Origin: Chryseobacterium sp. TY3 | GTDB taxonomy: Bacteria > Bacteroidota > Bacteroidia > Flavobacteriales > Weeksellaceae | Assembly (NCBI GenBank): GCA_046269235.1 | Contig: JBJZOS010000004.1 | Span: 24,048 to 88,047, forward strand | DNA length: 64,000 nt | Direction of reading: 5' to 3' | In this document: positions 18,909-29,442 of the stretch, piece by piece | Layout: every line of letters begins with the position of its first letter | How positions within the stretch are numbered: position 1 is the first letter of the stretch | Notes under the pieces: model-generated | What the model saw: the letters and a program-made list of their open reading frames with translations, nothing else | Databases searched by the model: none | Told to the model about the DNA's origin: nothing | Made by a program: the position numbers and the translations under genes

Positions 18909-21287
18909 CTATCTTAAAAGCTTGAAATACTTTGTACTACGGTACCATGTTGATAAAGTTGTAAAAGCAACAACACTTATAGAACTTATCGGCATAATTA
19001 TAGCCGCAAACAATGGCGAAACCTTACCCATTACTGCAAATGTTACACCAATAATATTGTAAAATAAGCTGATTGCAAAAGTTAATTTTACTATGCTTAT
19101 CGCGTCTTTTGAGAATTTTAGATATTTATCCAATTCAGGAATTTTACTACCATCCATAATAACGTCGGAAGCTGGCGTAAAGGCGTTAGTGTCGTCAGAA
19201 ATGGCAATGCCTACATTACTTTGCTTTAGTGCGCCTGCGTCGTTAAGACCATCGCCAAGCATCGCTACTTTATAATGTTGGTTTTGAAGTTCTTGTATAA
19301 ATTCTAATTTGTCTTCTGGACTTTGATTAAAACGCATCTGCGAAACATTCGGGATCATCGTTTTAAGTTGCTGTTCTTCTGATGCGTTGTCGCCACTTAA
19401 GATATTAATTTGGTAAGATTTAAGATGTGTGAAAAGGGTCTCTAAATCTTTTCTGTATTCGTTCTTAAAAATATATTTCCCCAAAAATTCGTCGCCAACT
19501 TGTACGAAAACAGCGGTTTCTAAGTTCTCAGATTTTTGTCCTGTGAAATTCGCAGAGCCTATTTTGTAAAGCTTGCCTCTAACGCTTGCAGAATAACCTT
19601 TTCCAGGTATTTCTACAAAATTTTCGATCAGGAAATAATCATCTTTAGTGTCAATGAAATCATATAAAGATTTTGAAAGAGGATGATTCGAATTTTTTAA
19701 TAAGCTTTTAATGTTTTTCAAATCAAACTCGGCAATATCTTGTCCAGAATAATTAATATTTAACTTTTTATTTTCTGTAATCGTTCCAGTTTTGTCAAAA
19801 ACTAAACTGTCAATTTTTGAGAGTCTTTCAATGGTCAAAGTATCTTTAACGTAAAATTTATTTCTGCCCAAAATTCGCATAATGTGCCCAAAGGTGAACG
19901 GTGCCGAAAGCGCTAAGGCACACGGACAAGCAATAATTAAAATTGCGGCAACCACTTGGAACATTTTTTCAAAATTCTCTTGTGACCAATATATTGCGGC
20001 AATCGCAGTAATCGTCAAAATAACAATTGTGAAATATTTGCTGATTTTATTGGTAATTGTGTCGAGTCCCGTTTCTGTTTTTTTGAAGGCTTCTTTGTTC
20101 CAAAGTTGTGTCAAATAACTTTGGTTAACATTTTTAATAACTTCTAGTTCTAGAACTGGGCCGTTTTGTTTTCCGCCAGCGAAGATTTTGTCTCCAGATT
20201 TTTTACTAACCAAAGCTGCTTCTCCAGTGATAAAGCTGTTGTCAATATTGGCTTCACCATTTATCAAGATAGAATCTACAGGTATAATTTCTTGGTTTCT
20301 TACCATAATTCTATCACCAACTTTAAGGTCTGAAAGTAGAATGTTATCTTGCTTTCCATTAAAATCGATTTTTGTAACAGCAATGGGGTAGAAGGATTTG
20401 TAATCGCGGTCGTAAGACAAAGTGTTGTAAGTTCTTTTCTGGAAGGTTTTTCCTAAAAGCATAAAGAATAATAATCCACAAAGCGTGTCAAAATATCCGC
20501 CGCCATAATCAGTTACAATCTCGTAGATAGATCGGCCGTACAACATGATAATCCCGATAACAATGGGAACGTCGATGTTGATGATTTTGTTTTTCAAACC
20601 ATACCAAGCGGATTTGTAATAATCTTGTGCAGAGTAGAGTACAACGGGTGTTGCGAGCATCAAAAGAATAATTCGGAAAAGATATTTATAGCTTTCTGAC
20701 CATGCATCGTTACTGTCAAAATATTCTGGAAAGCTTAAAAACATACTATTTCCAAAAGCAAAACCTGCAATCGCCAATTTTATCAACAGACTTTTGTCAA
20801 GTGTTTCTTTCTTTTTGTCCGCAGTTTCGAGATTAATAACAGGTTTGTAACCAAAATTTGTTAAAAATTTAGCGAGTTCGCTGAGTTTCAGTTCGTCGCT
20901 CTTGTACGCGATTTGTACAGTTTTTCTCGTGAAGTTAACTTGCGAATATTTTATTTTCGGATTAATAGTATTTAAACTTTCTAAAAGCCAAATACATGAC
21001 GAACAATGGATTACAGGGATTTTGAAAGTAACTAATGTCGTTCCACCTTCATGGAAGTCTACAACTTTGTTGAAGACATCCTCAGTATCTAAATAGTCGA
21101 ACTGCGTTTGGTCGTCGCTACTTGGTCGTATCCCCGAATTCTTATTAAATTCATAAAAGTTACCAAGATTATTTAGGTTTAGGATTTCGTAAACGGACTG
21201 ACAACCATTACAACAGAAGACTTTTTCATCAAATTCAATGCGCTCACTTTCAATAGGCTGACCGCAATGGAAGCACTTTTCTGACAT
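18909..21287 (-). CDS. ccoI: Copper-translocating P1B-type ATPase CcoI/FixI
   Basis: 792 aa. N-terminal Cys-rich metal-binding region (CFHCGQP..CCNGC), the CPC ion-transduction motif (ACPCALALSAP), the DKTGT phosphorylation site and GDGxNDxxA. Confidence 0.9.
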   Translation of the reverse strand: MSEKCFHCGQPIESERIEFDEKVFCCNGCQSVYEILNLNNLGNFYEFNKNSGIRPSSDDQTQFDYLDTEDVFNKVVDFHEGGTTLVTFKIPVIHCSSCIWLLESLNTINPKIKYSQVNFTRKTVQIAYKSDELKLSELAKFLTNFGYKPVINLETADKKKETLDKSLLIKLAIAGFAFGNSMFLSFPEYFDSNDAWSESYKYLFRIILLMLATPVVLYSAQDYYKSAWYGLKNKIINIDVPIVIGIIMLYGRSIYEIVTDYGGGYFDTLCGLLFFMLLGKTFQKRTYNTLSYDRDYKSFYPIAVTKIDFNGKQDNILLSDLKVGDRIMVRNQEIIPVDSILINGEANIDNSFITGEAALVSKKSGDKIFAGGKQNGPVLELEVIKNVNQSYLTQLWNKEAFKKTETGLDTITNKISKYFTIVILTITAIAAIYWSQENFEKMFQVVAAILIIACPCALALSAPFTFGHIMRILGRNKFYVKDTLTIERLSKIDSLVFDKTGTITENKKLNINYSGQDIAEFDLKNIKSLLKNSNHPLSKSLYDFIDTKDDYFLIENFVEIPGKGYSASVRGKLYKIGSANFTGQKSENLETAVFVQVGDEFLGKYIFKNEYRKDLETLFTHLKSYQINILSGDNASEEQQLKTMIPNVSQMRFNQSPEDKLEFIQELQNQHYKVAMLGDGLNDAGALKQSNVGIAISDDTNAFTPASDVIMDGSKIPELDKYLKFSKDAISIVKLTFAISLFYNIIGVTFAVMGKVSPLFAAIIMPISSISVVAFTTLSTWYRSTKYFKLLR

Positions 21288-21367
21288 GTGGTTTGTTGGG
21301 TTTAGCTTACAAAATTACGTCAAAAAACTTTGCTTTTGGGAGTAGAAAGTCTTATTTTTGCTGATAA

Positions 21368-22093
21368 ATGTCATTACATATGTCACTTGAATTACAGCAA
21401 GTTATTGAACAGAATTTTATTAAAGCCTTTAATAGAGAGTCTTTTAAGAGAAGTTTATCACCTGAGGATTATGATAAATTAGTAGCAGAACTGCGAGATA
21501 TGGAGTTCGCAAAGGGAGATACTGTTTTCGAAGATGGAGAATCTCCGCAAGGTGTTTATTTTATAAAAGAAGGTACTGCAAAGCTTTCAAAATCTGGAGT
21601 TTATGGTAAAGATCAAATCCTTCGATTTTGTAAAGAAGGCGATCTTATCGGTTATCGCTCTTTATTGTGTGGAGAAAATTTCCAAGCAAAAGCGGAAGCG
21701 ATGACACCACTGAAGGTTGTTTTTTTACCAGCGGATTTCTTCATTCATTTATTAGAAGTTGATGCTAAATTGTCTTACGCAATGCTGCAAAAAATTGCTT
21801 ACGAATTGGGCGAATCGTCTAACACAGTAACTTTTTTAGCGCAGAAAACGGTAAGAGAAAGATTGGCTGAGATTTTAATTTTGCTAGAACAAAAACTTGG
21901 CACAGATCCAGAAGGATTTATCAATATTTCTTTAACAAGAGAAGAAATCGCTAACCTTATTGGGACTGCAACAGAAAGTGCAATTCGGTTAATATCAGAA
22001 TTCAAACAAGATGAATTGATACTTGTCGAGGGACGTAACATCAAAATCATCAATCATGAAAAACTTATAAAACTTGGTCATGTGCTTATCTAA
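21368..22093 (+). CDS. Crp/Fnr-family transcriptional regulator (cNMP-binding domain plus C-terminal HTH)
   Basis: 241 aa with a beta-roll cNMP-binding fold (GDTVFEDGESPQGVYFIKEG) and a C-terminal HTH (LTREEIANLIGTATESAIRLI). It is divergent from the cco operon. Confidence 0.8.
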   Translation: MSLHMSLELQQVIEQNFIKAFNRESFKRSLSPEDYDKLVAELRDMEFAKGDTVFEDGESPQGVYFIKEGTAKLSKSGVYGKDQILRFCKEGDLIGYRSLLCGENFQAKAEAMTPLKVVFLPADFFIHLLEVDAKLSYAMLQKIAYELGESSNTVTFLAQKTVRERLAEILILLEQKLGTDPEGFINISLTREEIANLIGTATESAIRLISEFKQDELILVEGRNIKIINHEKLIKLGHVLI

Positions 22094-22141
22094 TTTTTGA
22101 TAAGCATTTGTTTCTTTTAATACATCCTAAAAATTGAACCC

Positions 22142-22957
22142 ATGTCGGTACATTCAGAAATAAAAAAGATTACAACAGAGACACTTCGTAAGATGAAGTT
22201 CGAGAATGATAAAATTTCTATGATTACTGCTTACGATTTCACAACTGCAAAGATGGTTGATGCCGGTGGTATAGATGCGGTGTTGGTTGGTGATTCTGCA
22301 GCCAATGTTATGGCGGGGTTCGAGACGACGCTTCCGATTACTTTGGATCAAATGATTTATCACACGCAATGTGTAGTTCGAGGTATTGAAAGAGCTTTGG
22401 TTGTGGCTGATTTGCCTTTCGGGACTTATCAAAGTAATCCTGAGAAAGCTTTGGAATCCGCGGTGAGAATGATGAAAGAAGGTGGTGCACATGCAGTGAA
22501 AATTGAAGGTGGCATAGAAATCGAAGAATCTATTCGCAAGATTGTAAATGCTGGTATTCCTGTGATGGGACATTTGGGATTAACACCACAATCGATTTAT
22601 CAATTCGGAACTTATAAAGTAAGAGCAAAAGAAGATGCAGAAGCAGAAAAATTAATTTCTGATGCCAAACTTTTAGAAGAACTAGGTTGTTTTGCATTAG
22701 TATTAGAAAAAATTCCTGCTGATTTGGCTAAAAAGGTAACCGAAGCTATTACAATTCCAACAATCGGAATTGGCGCTGGCGCAAATTGCGACGGGCAAGT
22801 TTTGGTGTATCACGATATGGTAGGGATGAACAAAGGTTTTTCTCCTAAATTTTTAAGAAGATATTTAGACTTACATACCGAAATTACTGGCGCTGTTGCT
22901 CAGTTTGTAAAAGATGTGAAATCTGTAGATTTCCCGAATGCATCAGAAAGTTATTAA
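22142..22957 (+). CDS. panB: 3-methyl-2-oxobutanoate hydroxymethyltransferase
   Basis: 271 aa with conserved KHMP blocks (ITAYDFTTAKMVDAGGIDAVLVGDS, VVADLPFGTYQ, HAVKIEGG). Confidence 0.9.
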   Translation: MSVHSEIKKITTETLRKMKFENDKISMITAYDFTTAKMVDAGGIDAVLVGDSAANVMAGFETTLPITLDQMIYHTQCVVRGIERALVVADLPFGTYQSNPEKALESAVRMMKEGGAHAVKIEGGIEIEESIRKIVNAGIPVMGHLGLTPQSIYQFGTYKVRAKEDAEAEKLISDAKLLEELGCFALVLEKIPADLAKKVTEAITIPTIGIGAGANCDGQVLVYHDMVGMNKGFSPKFLRRYLDLHTEITGAVAQFVKDVKSVDFPNASESY

Positions 22958-22966
22958 AATTCATAC

Positions 22967-23290
22967 ATGAAAAACCTTATGGCAATACAAGCTGGCGTAT
23001 CTTTCGCGGCCTTAGCTTGTTTATTAGTGGGTTGGATACAGCCATTTTCTCCAGAGCTTAATAATATTATTTATAATCAATTATTTTACATTTTGGTAGG
23101 TGCAAGTTTTGTGTTACAAGCCCCAACTTTAGCGAATCCAAAATTTAAAATCCCAATATACATCGCGGCTGGACTTTGTATTGTTGGTGCATTTTTACCA
23201 GTTGAGACAAGACTCTCAGGTATTAAAACCATCGGGTTAATTGCTGGGGTTATTATGTCATTATTTGGACGAAATAGAAGCGCAAATTAA
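22967..23290 (+). CDS. Hypothetical small membrane protein (3 TM)
   Basis: 107 aa, hydrophobic, no motif. Confidence 0.35.
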   Translation: MKNLMAIQAGVSFAALACLLVGWIQPFSPELNNIIYNQLFYILVGASFVLQAPTLANPKFKIPIYIAAGLCIVGAFLPVETRLSGIKTIGLIAGVIMSLFGRNRSAN

Positions 23291-23292
23291 AA

Positions 23293-23988
23293 ATGGCCGA
23301 TCAAAAATTTTCTTCTGAACAAATTGTTTTTGAAGACAATCATATTATCGTTATTAACAAAAAAGCGGGTCAGCTTGTTCAAGGAGATAAAACAGGTGAT
23401 GAATCCTTGTTAGAATTAATAAAAGATTTTATCAAAATAAGAGATGCTAAACCAGGAAATGTTTTCCTAGGTTTGGTTCATCGTATTGATAGGCCTACTT
23501 CTGGTTTGGTGATTTATGCTAAAACTTCGAAAGCTCTTTCCCGATTAACACAAATGGTGAAAAATCGAGAAATCAAAAAAACGTATTGGGCTTTGGTTGC
23601 CAAGGAGATGATTCCCTCTTCTCAAAAATTGGTGCATTATTTAAAGAAAAACGAGAAAAATAATAAAGCCATCGTTTTTCCTAAAGCGACAGAAGGTGCT
23701 AAAGAAGCCATTCTAACGTATCACATGATAAAAATTTTGGATAATTATCAACTTTTAGAAATTGATCTGGAAACGGGTCGTCATCATCAAATAAGAGCGC
23801 AGTTGTCTAAAATAGGTGTTCCAATAAAGGGGGATCTAAAATACGGCGCACCTCGCTCCAATCCCGATGGTGGAATTTCTCTACACGCAAGAAAACTAGA
23901 ATTTGTACATCCCGTAACCAAAGAAAATATTGAAATTGTAGCTCCCGTTCCAGAAAATGATAAAGTTTGGGCAGCTTGCGAAAATTAA
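23293..23988 (+). CDS. RluA-family pseudouridine synthase
   Basis: 231 aa. The catalytic HRIDRPTSGLVIYAKT motif with the conserved Asp is present, but no N-terminal S4 domain. Confidence 0.85.
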   Translation: MADQKFSSEQIVFEDNHIIVINKKAGQLVQGDKTGDESLLELIKDFIKIRDAKPGNVFLGLVHRIDRPTSGLVIYAKTSKALSRLTQMVKNREIKKTYWALVAKEMIPSSQKLVHYLKKNEKNNKAIVFPKATEGAKEAILTYHMIKILDNYQLLEIDLETGRHHQIRAQLSKIGVPIKGDLKYGAPRSNPDGGISLHARKLEFVHPVTKENIEIVAPVPENDKVWAACEN

Positions 23989-24020
23989 AAAAGGATCTAA
24001 AAATTTTAGATCCTTTTATT
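23989..24020. terminator. Bidirectional terminator hairpin (aaggatctaaaaattttagatcctt)
   Basis: Perfect 9-bp stem flanked by A and T runs, between the RluA gene (+) and the TonB-dependent receptor (-). Confidence 0.6.
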
Positions 24021-24031
24021 TTAAACAATAA

Positions 24032-26227
24032 TTATTTTGGACTCATAATTCCGCCATTATCATCTTTTGGCGTATCATTTTTAAGCATGTTAGGATCTTC
24101 TTTCGCTAATTTATTTTTGGTCGGGATTTTATAATTTAGTGAAAAGCCGAACGTTCTGCTGTCCCATCTGTTGCTCAAATAGATTGGCGTTGCAGTGTTA
24201 ACAGTTTTAAAATTCATTCTACTGCCGTTAAACACATCATTAGCAAATAAACTTACTGTTAATCTATCTTTATTGAATTTTTTACTCAAGGTCAAATCCA
24301 GTCGGTTCATGATGCGCTGCGTTGACTGGAAGAAGTAATAATTTCCATTGGTAGAGTATGAAAAATTAGGTGTAAACTTCATTCCGTATGGCAAAATAAA
24401 CTGCCCCGAAAGGTTGAAAAACCACATTCCCTTTTTATCTACAACTTCTTTGATGTCCTGAAACTGATAGCCTGCATAAAGGTACAAGAAATTAATTTTA
24501 TCAGGGTTGAAGTTGAATTTCATAACCTCACTCAGTGGCTTACTAAAAATCATAAAAGGAATCGGTAAACCTACATTGAAGCTATGTTGTGTTAAAGAGT
24601 TGATGTTAACGTTAGTTTGCGTAATGTTTTTCCCTTTTCTATCAACATACATCATCACCTGGTCTTTCACCATACTTACATTATAGCTTACGAAAGCATA
24701 ATCAAAAGCGCTAATTTTTGCTTCGAAATTATCATAAATAGTTGGTTGCACATTGGGATTTCCGGTAATGTCAACATTCGGATTTTGGAAGGTTGTATTG
24801 TTTGGATTTAATTGCGAGGTGCTTGGTAAGGTTATTTTTCTGTTGTAGTTAACATTAAAATATAAAGACTTGACAATGTCGTACTGTACACTTGCATTAG
24901 GGAAAAGCTCAAACTTTTTAAACGGTAATAAATTGTCCCATTTTTGATCTTTAAAGTTGTAAGAAGTTCCAGAAATGTCGTAATCTTCTGCTCTTAAACC
25001 TGCAATAAAACTGAATTTTTTATATTTTGCATTCAATTCTGTGTAGAGGGATGTGGTCTGTCTTTGATAATCTAAATTATCGACATCAAAAAAAGATGTT
25101 TTAAAATCCAAACGGTCGTACATTCCACCAATGCTGATTTTTCCTTCGTCCAAAATTTTTAAAGATTGAGAATAATCTACTCTCATGTTGTAGGCATTTT
25201 GTGCTGATGTAGATTCTGATGGGAAAGGTTTTGTAACCGAAGCGCCTGGGAAATAAATGGTATTGGTCCCGTTTTGATCAAAATTGTTTCTAAAATTTGA
25301 ATAATTAAATTTAAAATCTAACTTTTGACTTTTATCTGCAAATCTTTTCTGATAAGTCGCTGTAACCTCGTTTCGGTAGTTTTTATTTTTACTTTTTCCT
25401 ACGTTGTGATAATTGGCATCTTCAAAAAGATTAGAGTTTTCTGGATATTCAAAAAGGGCACTTCCGTCTGAAGTGTTGTAAGAATCGTTATTAGACACGA
25501 AAAAATCGTAATTCAGTAACAAACGATCCATTCCCAAATCGAAAGTTGTTGCAGCTTTGGTGAAATATGATCTCGAATATTTATCATTAAAACCTTTGGA
25601 TATATCATCCATTTCGTTACTGCTGAAAGATTCTCCATAGGTTTGTCCAGCGCTCAATTGCCAACCAAACCATTTGTTTCTGGAATTTAAAGCAATAGAG
25701 TTGTTAAAACGGTTTCTAAATTTATCATAATCCGAAAAACGATAACCGCCAGAATAAGTTGCCGAAAGGTAATTTTTTGCAGATTTTGACGTGATGATGT
25801 TCAAAATAGCGGCTCCCGAAGTTGCAGGAAATTCTGCGCCTGGTTGGGTTACCACTTCAATTCTTTCGATTGCAGAAGCGGGCATTCCTTCTAAAAAAGC
25901 CGTAAGATCGTTGGTAGAAATGTTCATCGGTCTTCCGTCCATATACACTTGGAGCGGTTTTCCTTGGTACATCATTCCTGCGATGTCGGTTACTACTATT
26001 CCTGGAAGTTTTTTTATTCCTTCCAAAGACGATCCTGAATTGAGACTTGGCTGCTCCGAAAAATCGAAAATCGTACGATCTGCTTTCTGCTCTACCGCTT
26101 TTTTGGTTTTGGTGATGGTGACAGCGTCAATTTCTTTTTCTTTGGTGTTGTCTTTTTTGGTTTCTTGTGCAAAAGAAATTTGGAAGCTTAACAACAAACT
26201 CGCTGCTAAAAAAATTTTCTTGTTCAT
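24032..26227 (-). CDS. TonB-dependent receptor / outer-membrane beta-barrel protein (plug plus barrel)
   Basis: 731 aa. Signal peptide, plug-like N-domain (DAVTITKTKK..., IERIEVVTQPGAEF), long beta-rich C-terminus ending in an aromatic residue. It is a paralogue of the next gene. Confidence 0.75.
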   Translation of the reverse strand: MNKKIFLAASLLLSFQISFAQETKKDNTKEKEIDAVTITKTKKAVEQKADRTIFDFSEQPSLNSGSSLEGIKKLPGIVVTDIAGMMYQGKPLQVYMDGRPMNISTNDLTAFLEGMPASAIERIEVVTQPGAEFPATSGAAILNIITSKSAKNYLSATYSGGYRFSDYDKFRNRFNNSIALNSRNKWFGWQLSAGQTYGESFSSNEMDDISKGFNDKYSRSYFTKAATTFDLGMDRLLLNYDFFVSNNDSYNTSDGSALFEYPENSNLFEDANYHNVGKSKNKNYRNEVTATYQKRFADKSQKLDFKFNYSNFRNNFDQNGTNTIYFPGASVTKPFPSESTSAQNAYNMRVDYSQSLKILDEGKISIGGMYDRLDFKTSFFDVDNLDYQRQTTSLYTELNAKYKKFSFIAGLRAEDYDISGTSYNFKDQKWDNLLPFKKFELFPNASVQYDIVKSLYFNVNYNRKITLPSTSQLNPNNTTFQNPNVDITGNPNVQPTIYDNFEAKISAFDYAFVSYNVSMVKDQVMMYVDRKGKNITQTNVNINSLTQHSFNVGLPIPFMIFSKPLSEVMKFNFNPDKINFLYLYAGYQFQDIKEVVDKKGMWFFNLSGQFILPYGMKFTPNFSYSTNGNYYFFQSTQRIMNRLDLTLSKKFNKDRLTVSLFANDVFNGSRMNFKTVNTATPIYLSNRWDSRTFGFSLNYKIPTKNKLAKEDPNMLKNDTPKDDNGGIMSPK

Positions 26228-26281
26228 AAATTCTTATCTACAAGTATTAGACAACAAAAATTTGTTTTTGTTACAAAAAAA

Positions 26282-28399
26282 TTACTGCGCTCTATCTTTC
26301 TCGTCGAATTTAATATTGCGTTCATTTCTCACTTTTTTATTTCCAAAGGTGTAGTTAACGCTAAGTCGGAAGCTACGACCGTCCCAATAATTGTTGTAAT
26401 GTTGCGTGTTATCAGCATAGAAAATGTCGCCTTTCCAACGAGATGCAAAAATGTTAGAAACCGAAGCATTCATCTGAAGTTGCTTTTCCATTAAAGAAAT
26501 TTTGAACCCAGAATCTAAGTTGGTAAAACTATGAAAATGCGAATTTACGTTGTTGTAAGGCAAATTATGACTAAAATTCAAGAAGAAATTAACCGTCTTG
26601 GCTTTGTTTAAAGTAAAGGTATTGCGGATGCTATAATCTAAAGTTTTCCCTTTTTGCGGATTTGCTTCAATATTATACACTTTGCTGTTGGTCAAGGATG
26701 CATTCACATAGGTAGAAACTTCCCACCAAGGTTTAATCTTATCGGTATAAGAAACATTAATTCCGAAAAAATCGTTGTCATACGTGTTAAGATAAGTTCC
26801 ATGATTTTCTAATCCTTCCTGAAAAGCAACTTGTCCAAAACCGTTTTTAAGATGCAAATAATAAAAACTTGCATTCAGCTTGCTGTTGTAGGTGTACGCC
26901 AATTCATAATTATTGATGTAAGAAGGCTGCAACAAAGGATTTCCAGAAGAATAAGAATTGGTATTCTCGTACCAACGGAACGGATTGAGGTTGTCCATAT
27001 CGGGACGATTTATCCTTCTAGAATAAGCTAAACTGTAAGAATTTTTATTGTTTTTATACGTCACATAAGCCGACGGAAACCATTCTCCATAATTGTATTT
27101 GTTTCTTTCGCCAGTTGAAGGTGTAAAGGCATCAACGTAAGTTTTCTCGTAACGAACACCAAATTTGGTTTCCCATTTTTCTCCAAAATTTTTAGCGAAA
27201 CTAAAATAACCAGCCACGTTTTTTTCTTTGTATTGAAAGAGGTTAGAGCGAGATTGGTCTATCATCCAAGATGTGTTTTGAAGCCTAAAGTATGATAAAT
27301 CTGCATCGTTTTCGAACTGATAATATTTAGCTCCCGTTTCTATCGTTCCGAAGGAATAAGGAAGTTCTAAATCGGCTTGACCAGAGAAAATTTCGGGTTT
27401 AACTAAAGAAATAGTTTTTACATATTCTGTACTTTGATTGGAAGATTTATAGGTGTCAAAATCAACATTCGTTTTCGAATTATTGTTGTAGTAATTTCCG
27501 GTAAAACTTAATTTTTTTCCAATAGAATCGAGCTTAATATCGTAATAAACACTCAGTGTATTCATCGTGTTTTTTTCGCGATGTTGTGTGTTGCTGAAAA
27601 GATTCTCTATATTTTTTTCATTTTTAAAATAGTTCGTGGTATTCACAATATCCATATCTGGCGTTTGATGCGTGAATAAATAATTGAACCCAACCTCCGA
27701 ATTTTTACTGATTTTATAGGACATCGAAAGGTTTGGGGCGATATTTTCCCACATATCTTTTCGCAAAGAATGGCTGTAACTTTGTGTCTCCCCAAGAATG
27801 GTGTAGTTTTCGTCTGAGCGTTTTGCCGTTTTCAAATAGTTGGCTTTTAAGCTAATGTTCAGTTTTTCAGTTTGATAGTTCAAGGTTCCATTGCTGTTTC
27901 CCCCAAAATAACTTCTTTGGTTAATTCCAGTTCCTAGGTTTCCGCTAAACCCCAAATTTGGATTTTTTTTCAGAATAATATTAAGAATTCCGCTGTTTCC
28001 CTGAGCATCGTATTTTGCTGGAGGCGTGGTAATGACTTCTATTTTTGCAATATTTTCGGAACGAAAAGTTTTCAAATAATTCATCAAAGCATCGCCCGAA
28101 AGATTGAGCATTCTTCCGTTAACCATCACCGAAACGCTGCTTTTACCAACGATAGAAATCAGGTTTTGGTTTTCATCTACTTTTAACAAAGGCACATTAG
28201 CAAGGGTTTCCACAGCATCCATTCCTTGCGACGCCAAAGAAGCATCTACATTGAAAATCATTCGGTCTGCTTTGCGTTCGATTAACTTTTTAGTGGAAGT
28301 TATTTTCACTTCCTCAATCGATTTTATCGAATCTTTTTTGGTTTGTGCAATAGCGTTTAACGATAGAAAACCGAATAATAGAGCGTATTTTGTGTTCAT
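26282..28399 (-). CDS. TonB-dependent receptor / outer-membrane beta-barrel protein (tandem paralogue)
   Basis: 705 aa with the same architecture as 24032-26227 (IEEVKITSTKK, IAKIEVITTPPAKYDAQGNSGILNIILKK). Confidence 0.75.
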   Translation of the reverse strand: MNTKYALLFGFLSLNAIAQTKKDSIKSIEEVKITSTKKLIERKADRMIFNVDASLASQGMDAVETLANVPLLKVDENQNLISIVGKSSVSVMVNGRMLNLSGDALMNYLKTFRSENIAKIEVITTPPAKYDAQGNSGILNIILKKNPNLGFSGNLGTGINQRSYFGGNSNGTLNYQTEKLNISLKANYLKTAKRSDENYTILGETQSYSHSLRKDMWENIAPNLSMSYKISKNSEVGFNYLFTHQTPDMDIVNTTNYFKNEKNIENLFSNTQHREKNTMNTLSVYYDIKLDSIGKKLSFTGNYYNNNSKTNVDFDTYKSSNQSTEYVKTISLVKPEIFSGQADLELPYSFGTIETGAKYYQFENDADLSYFRLQNTSWMIDQSRSNLFQYKEKNVAGYFSFAKNFGEKWETKFGVRYEKTYVDAFTPSTGERNKYNYGEWFPSAYVTYKNNKNSYSLAYSRRINRPDMDNLNPFRWYENTNSYSSGNPLLQPSYINNYELAYTYNSKLNASFYYLHLKNGFGQVAFQEGLENHGTYLNTYDNDFFGINVSYTDKIKPWWEVSTYVNASLTNSKVYNIEANPQKGKTLDYSIRNTFTLNKAKTVNFFLNFSHNLPYNNVNSHFHSFTNLDSGFKISLMEKQLQMNASVSNIFASRWKGDIFYADNTQHYNNYWDGRSFRLSVNYTFGNKKVRNERNIKFDEKDRAQ

Positions 28400-28436
28400 T
28401 GTTTTATTTATTTTGAGGAAACTCTAGTTTTTATTT

Positions 28437-29285
28437 TTAATTCAAAATTTTGGTTAAATCAACAACTTCAAAATTTTTGTCCACTTCAAAGAATTTCTTA
28501 AACATTGCGGCGTGACCACTTCCTACCAACACAAAAATAGTTTTGGTGTCTGGTTTCAATTGATTTTGAATGTTGGAGTACATGATTAAATTTCTTTTGT
28601 ACCAATCGGTCACCATATTTGCTCCAAAATATTCTTTGCCAATCTTCACTTTGTTCGCAAAAGTGATATAAAAACTAAGGTTGTTGTCTAGTTTCTGTTG
28701 ATCGTTTAAACACAAGAAAACTTTACTCAAATTGCTTTGTTCCATGCATTTATCTTGCAGCGAAAGGTTGATTTCATCGAATTCTTTTTTCAAAGTAGGA
28801 TTGGCGTTTACTTCTTTCAACAAAATATCGAAACGCATTTCTATCAAGCTATCAATAGGATAAATTTCTTGGTGTTTTAGTTTTTTTGCCAAACGAAATC
28901 CGAACTGAAAAGTTTCTCCTTCCGTGAAATATCTTTTGGATATTGGCTGTTTTATGGTGTCGGTAAATTTGTTGTATTGGTTTTTTAAGTACAATTGGTA
29001 GTTTGCGTCCAGTTGTTTCTTTTCATTAAAACTGCTTTCCACAAAAATTTGATCGGGTTTGACGGGCGATTGAGCAATTTTGCCTACAACAACATCCAAA
29101 TCTTGTTGACTTTCTGGAGCTAAAATATTTCTTTCTTTCACTTTTATCATATCTTTTCCAGGATTGTTGAAATGGTAAGTGGCGAGTAAAACCACTTTTA
29201 TCTTTTCTTGAGCCGAAATCCACGACATTTGTGCGAAAATTAATAAGAATGTAAAAGCAATTTTGGTTAAGGTTGGTTTGTTCAT
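28437..29285 (-). CDS. DUF5694-like secreted protein (partner of the beta-barrel receptors)
   Basis: 282 aa with a signal peptide and a VVLLATYHFNNPGKD motif, as in Flavobacteria DUF5694 proteins that sit next to OM beta-barrel genes. Confidence 0.5.
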   Translation of the reverse strand: MNKPTLTKIAFTFLLIFAQMSWISAQEKIKVVLLATYHFNNPGKDMIKVKERNILAPESQQDLDVVVGKIAQSPVKPDQIFVESSFNEKKQLDANYQLYLKNQYNKFTDTIKQPISKRYFTEGETFQFGFRLAKKLKHQEIYPIDSLIEMRFDILLKEVNANPTLKKEFDEINLSLQDKCMEQSNLSKVFLCLNDQQKLDNNLSFYITFANKVKIGKEYFGANMVTDWYKRNLIMYSNIQNQLKPDTKTIFVLVGSGHAAMFKKFFEVDKNFEVVDLTKILN

Positions 29286-29442
29286 GTGATTATTTTTGAC
29301 AAAGATATTTTCGTTATGCTTCTCGGGAAATAGCGTTTAGACGAAGCTTAGAGAATTTCGGATTAAAATAATTTCGTCGGAGAAAATGGGCGTTTTGTCG
29401 ATTTTTGGTTCAAAACAGAAGAAAGTATCTTATTTTTACCAC

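Noticed and set aside
21288-21367. FNR/CRP operator (TTGAT-N4-ATCAA) in the ccoI to crp/fnr divergent region
   Set aside because: No convincing match to the proteobacterial consensus was found by eye, and the Bacteroidetes motif may differ. It is left as unknown rather than called.
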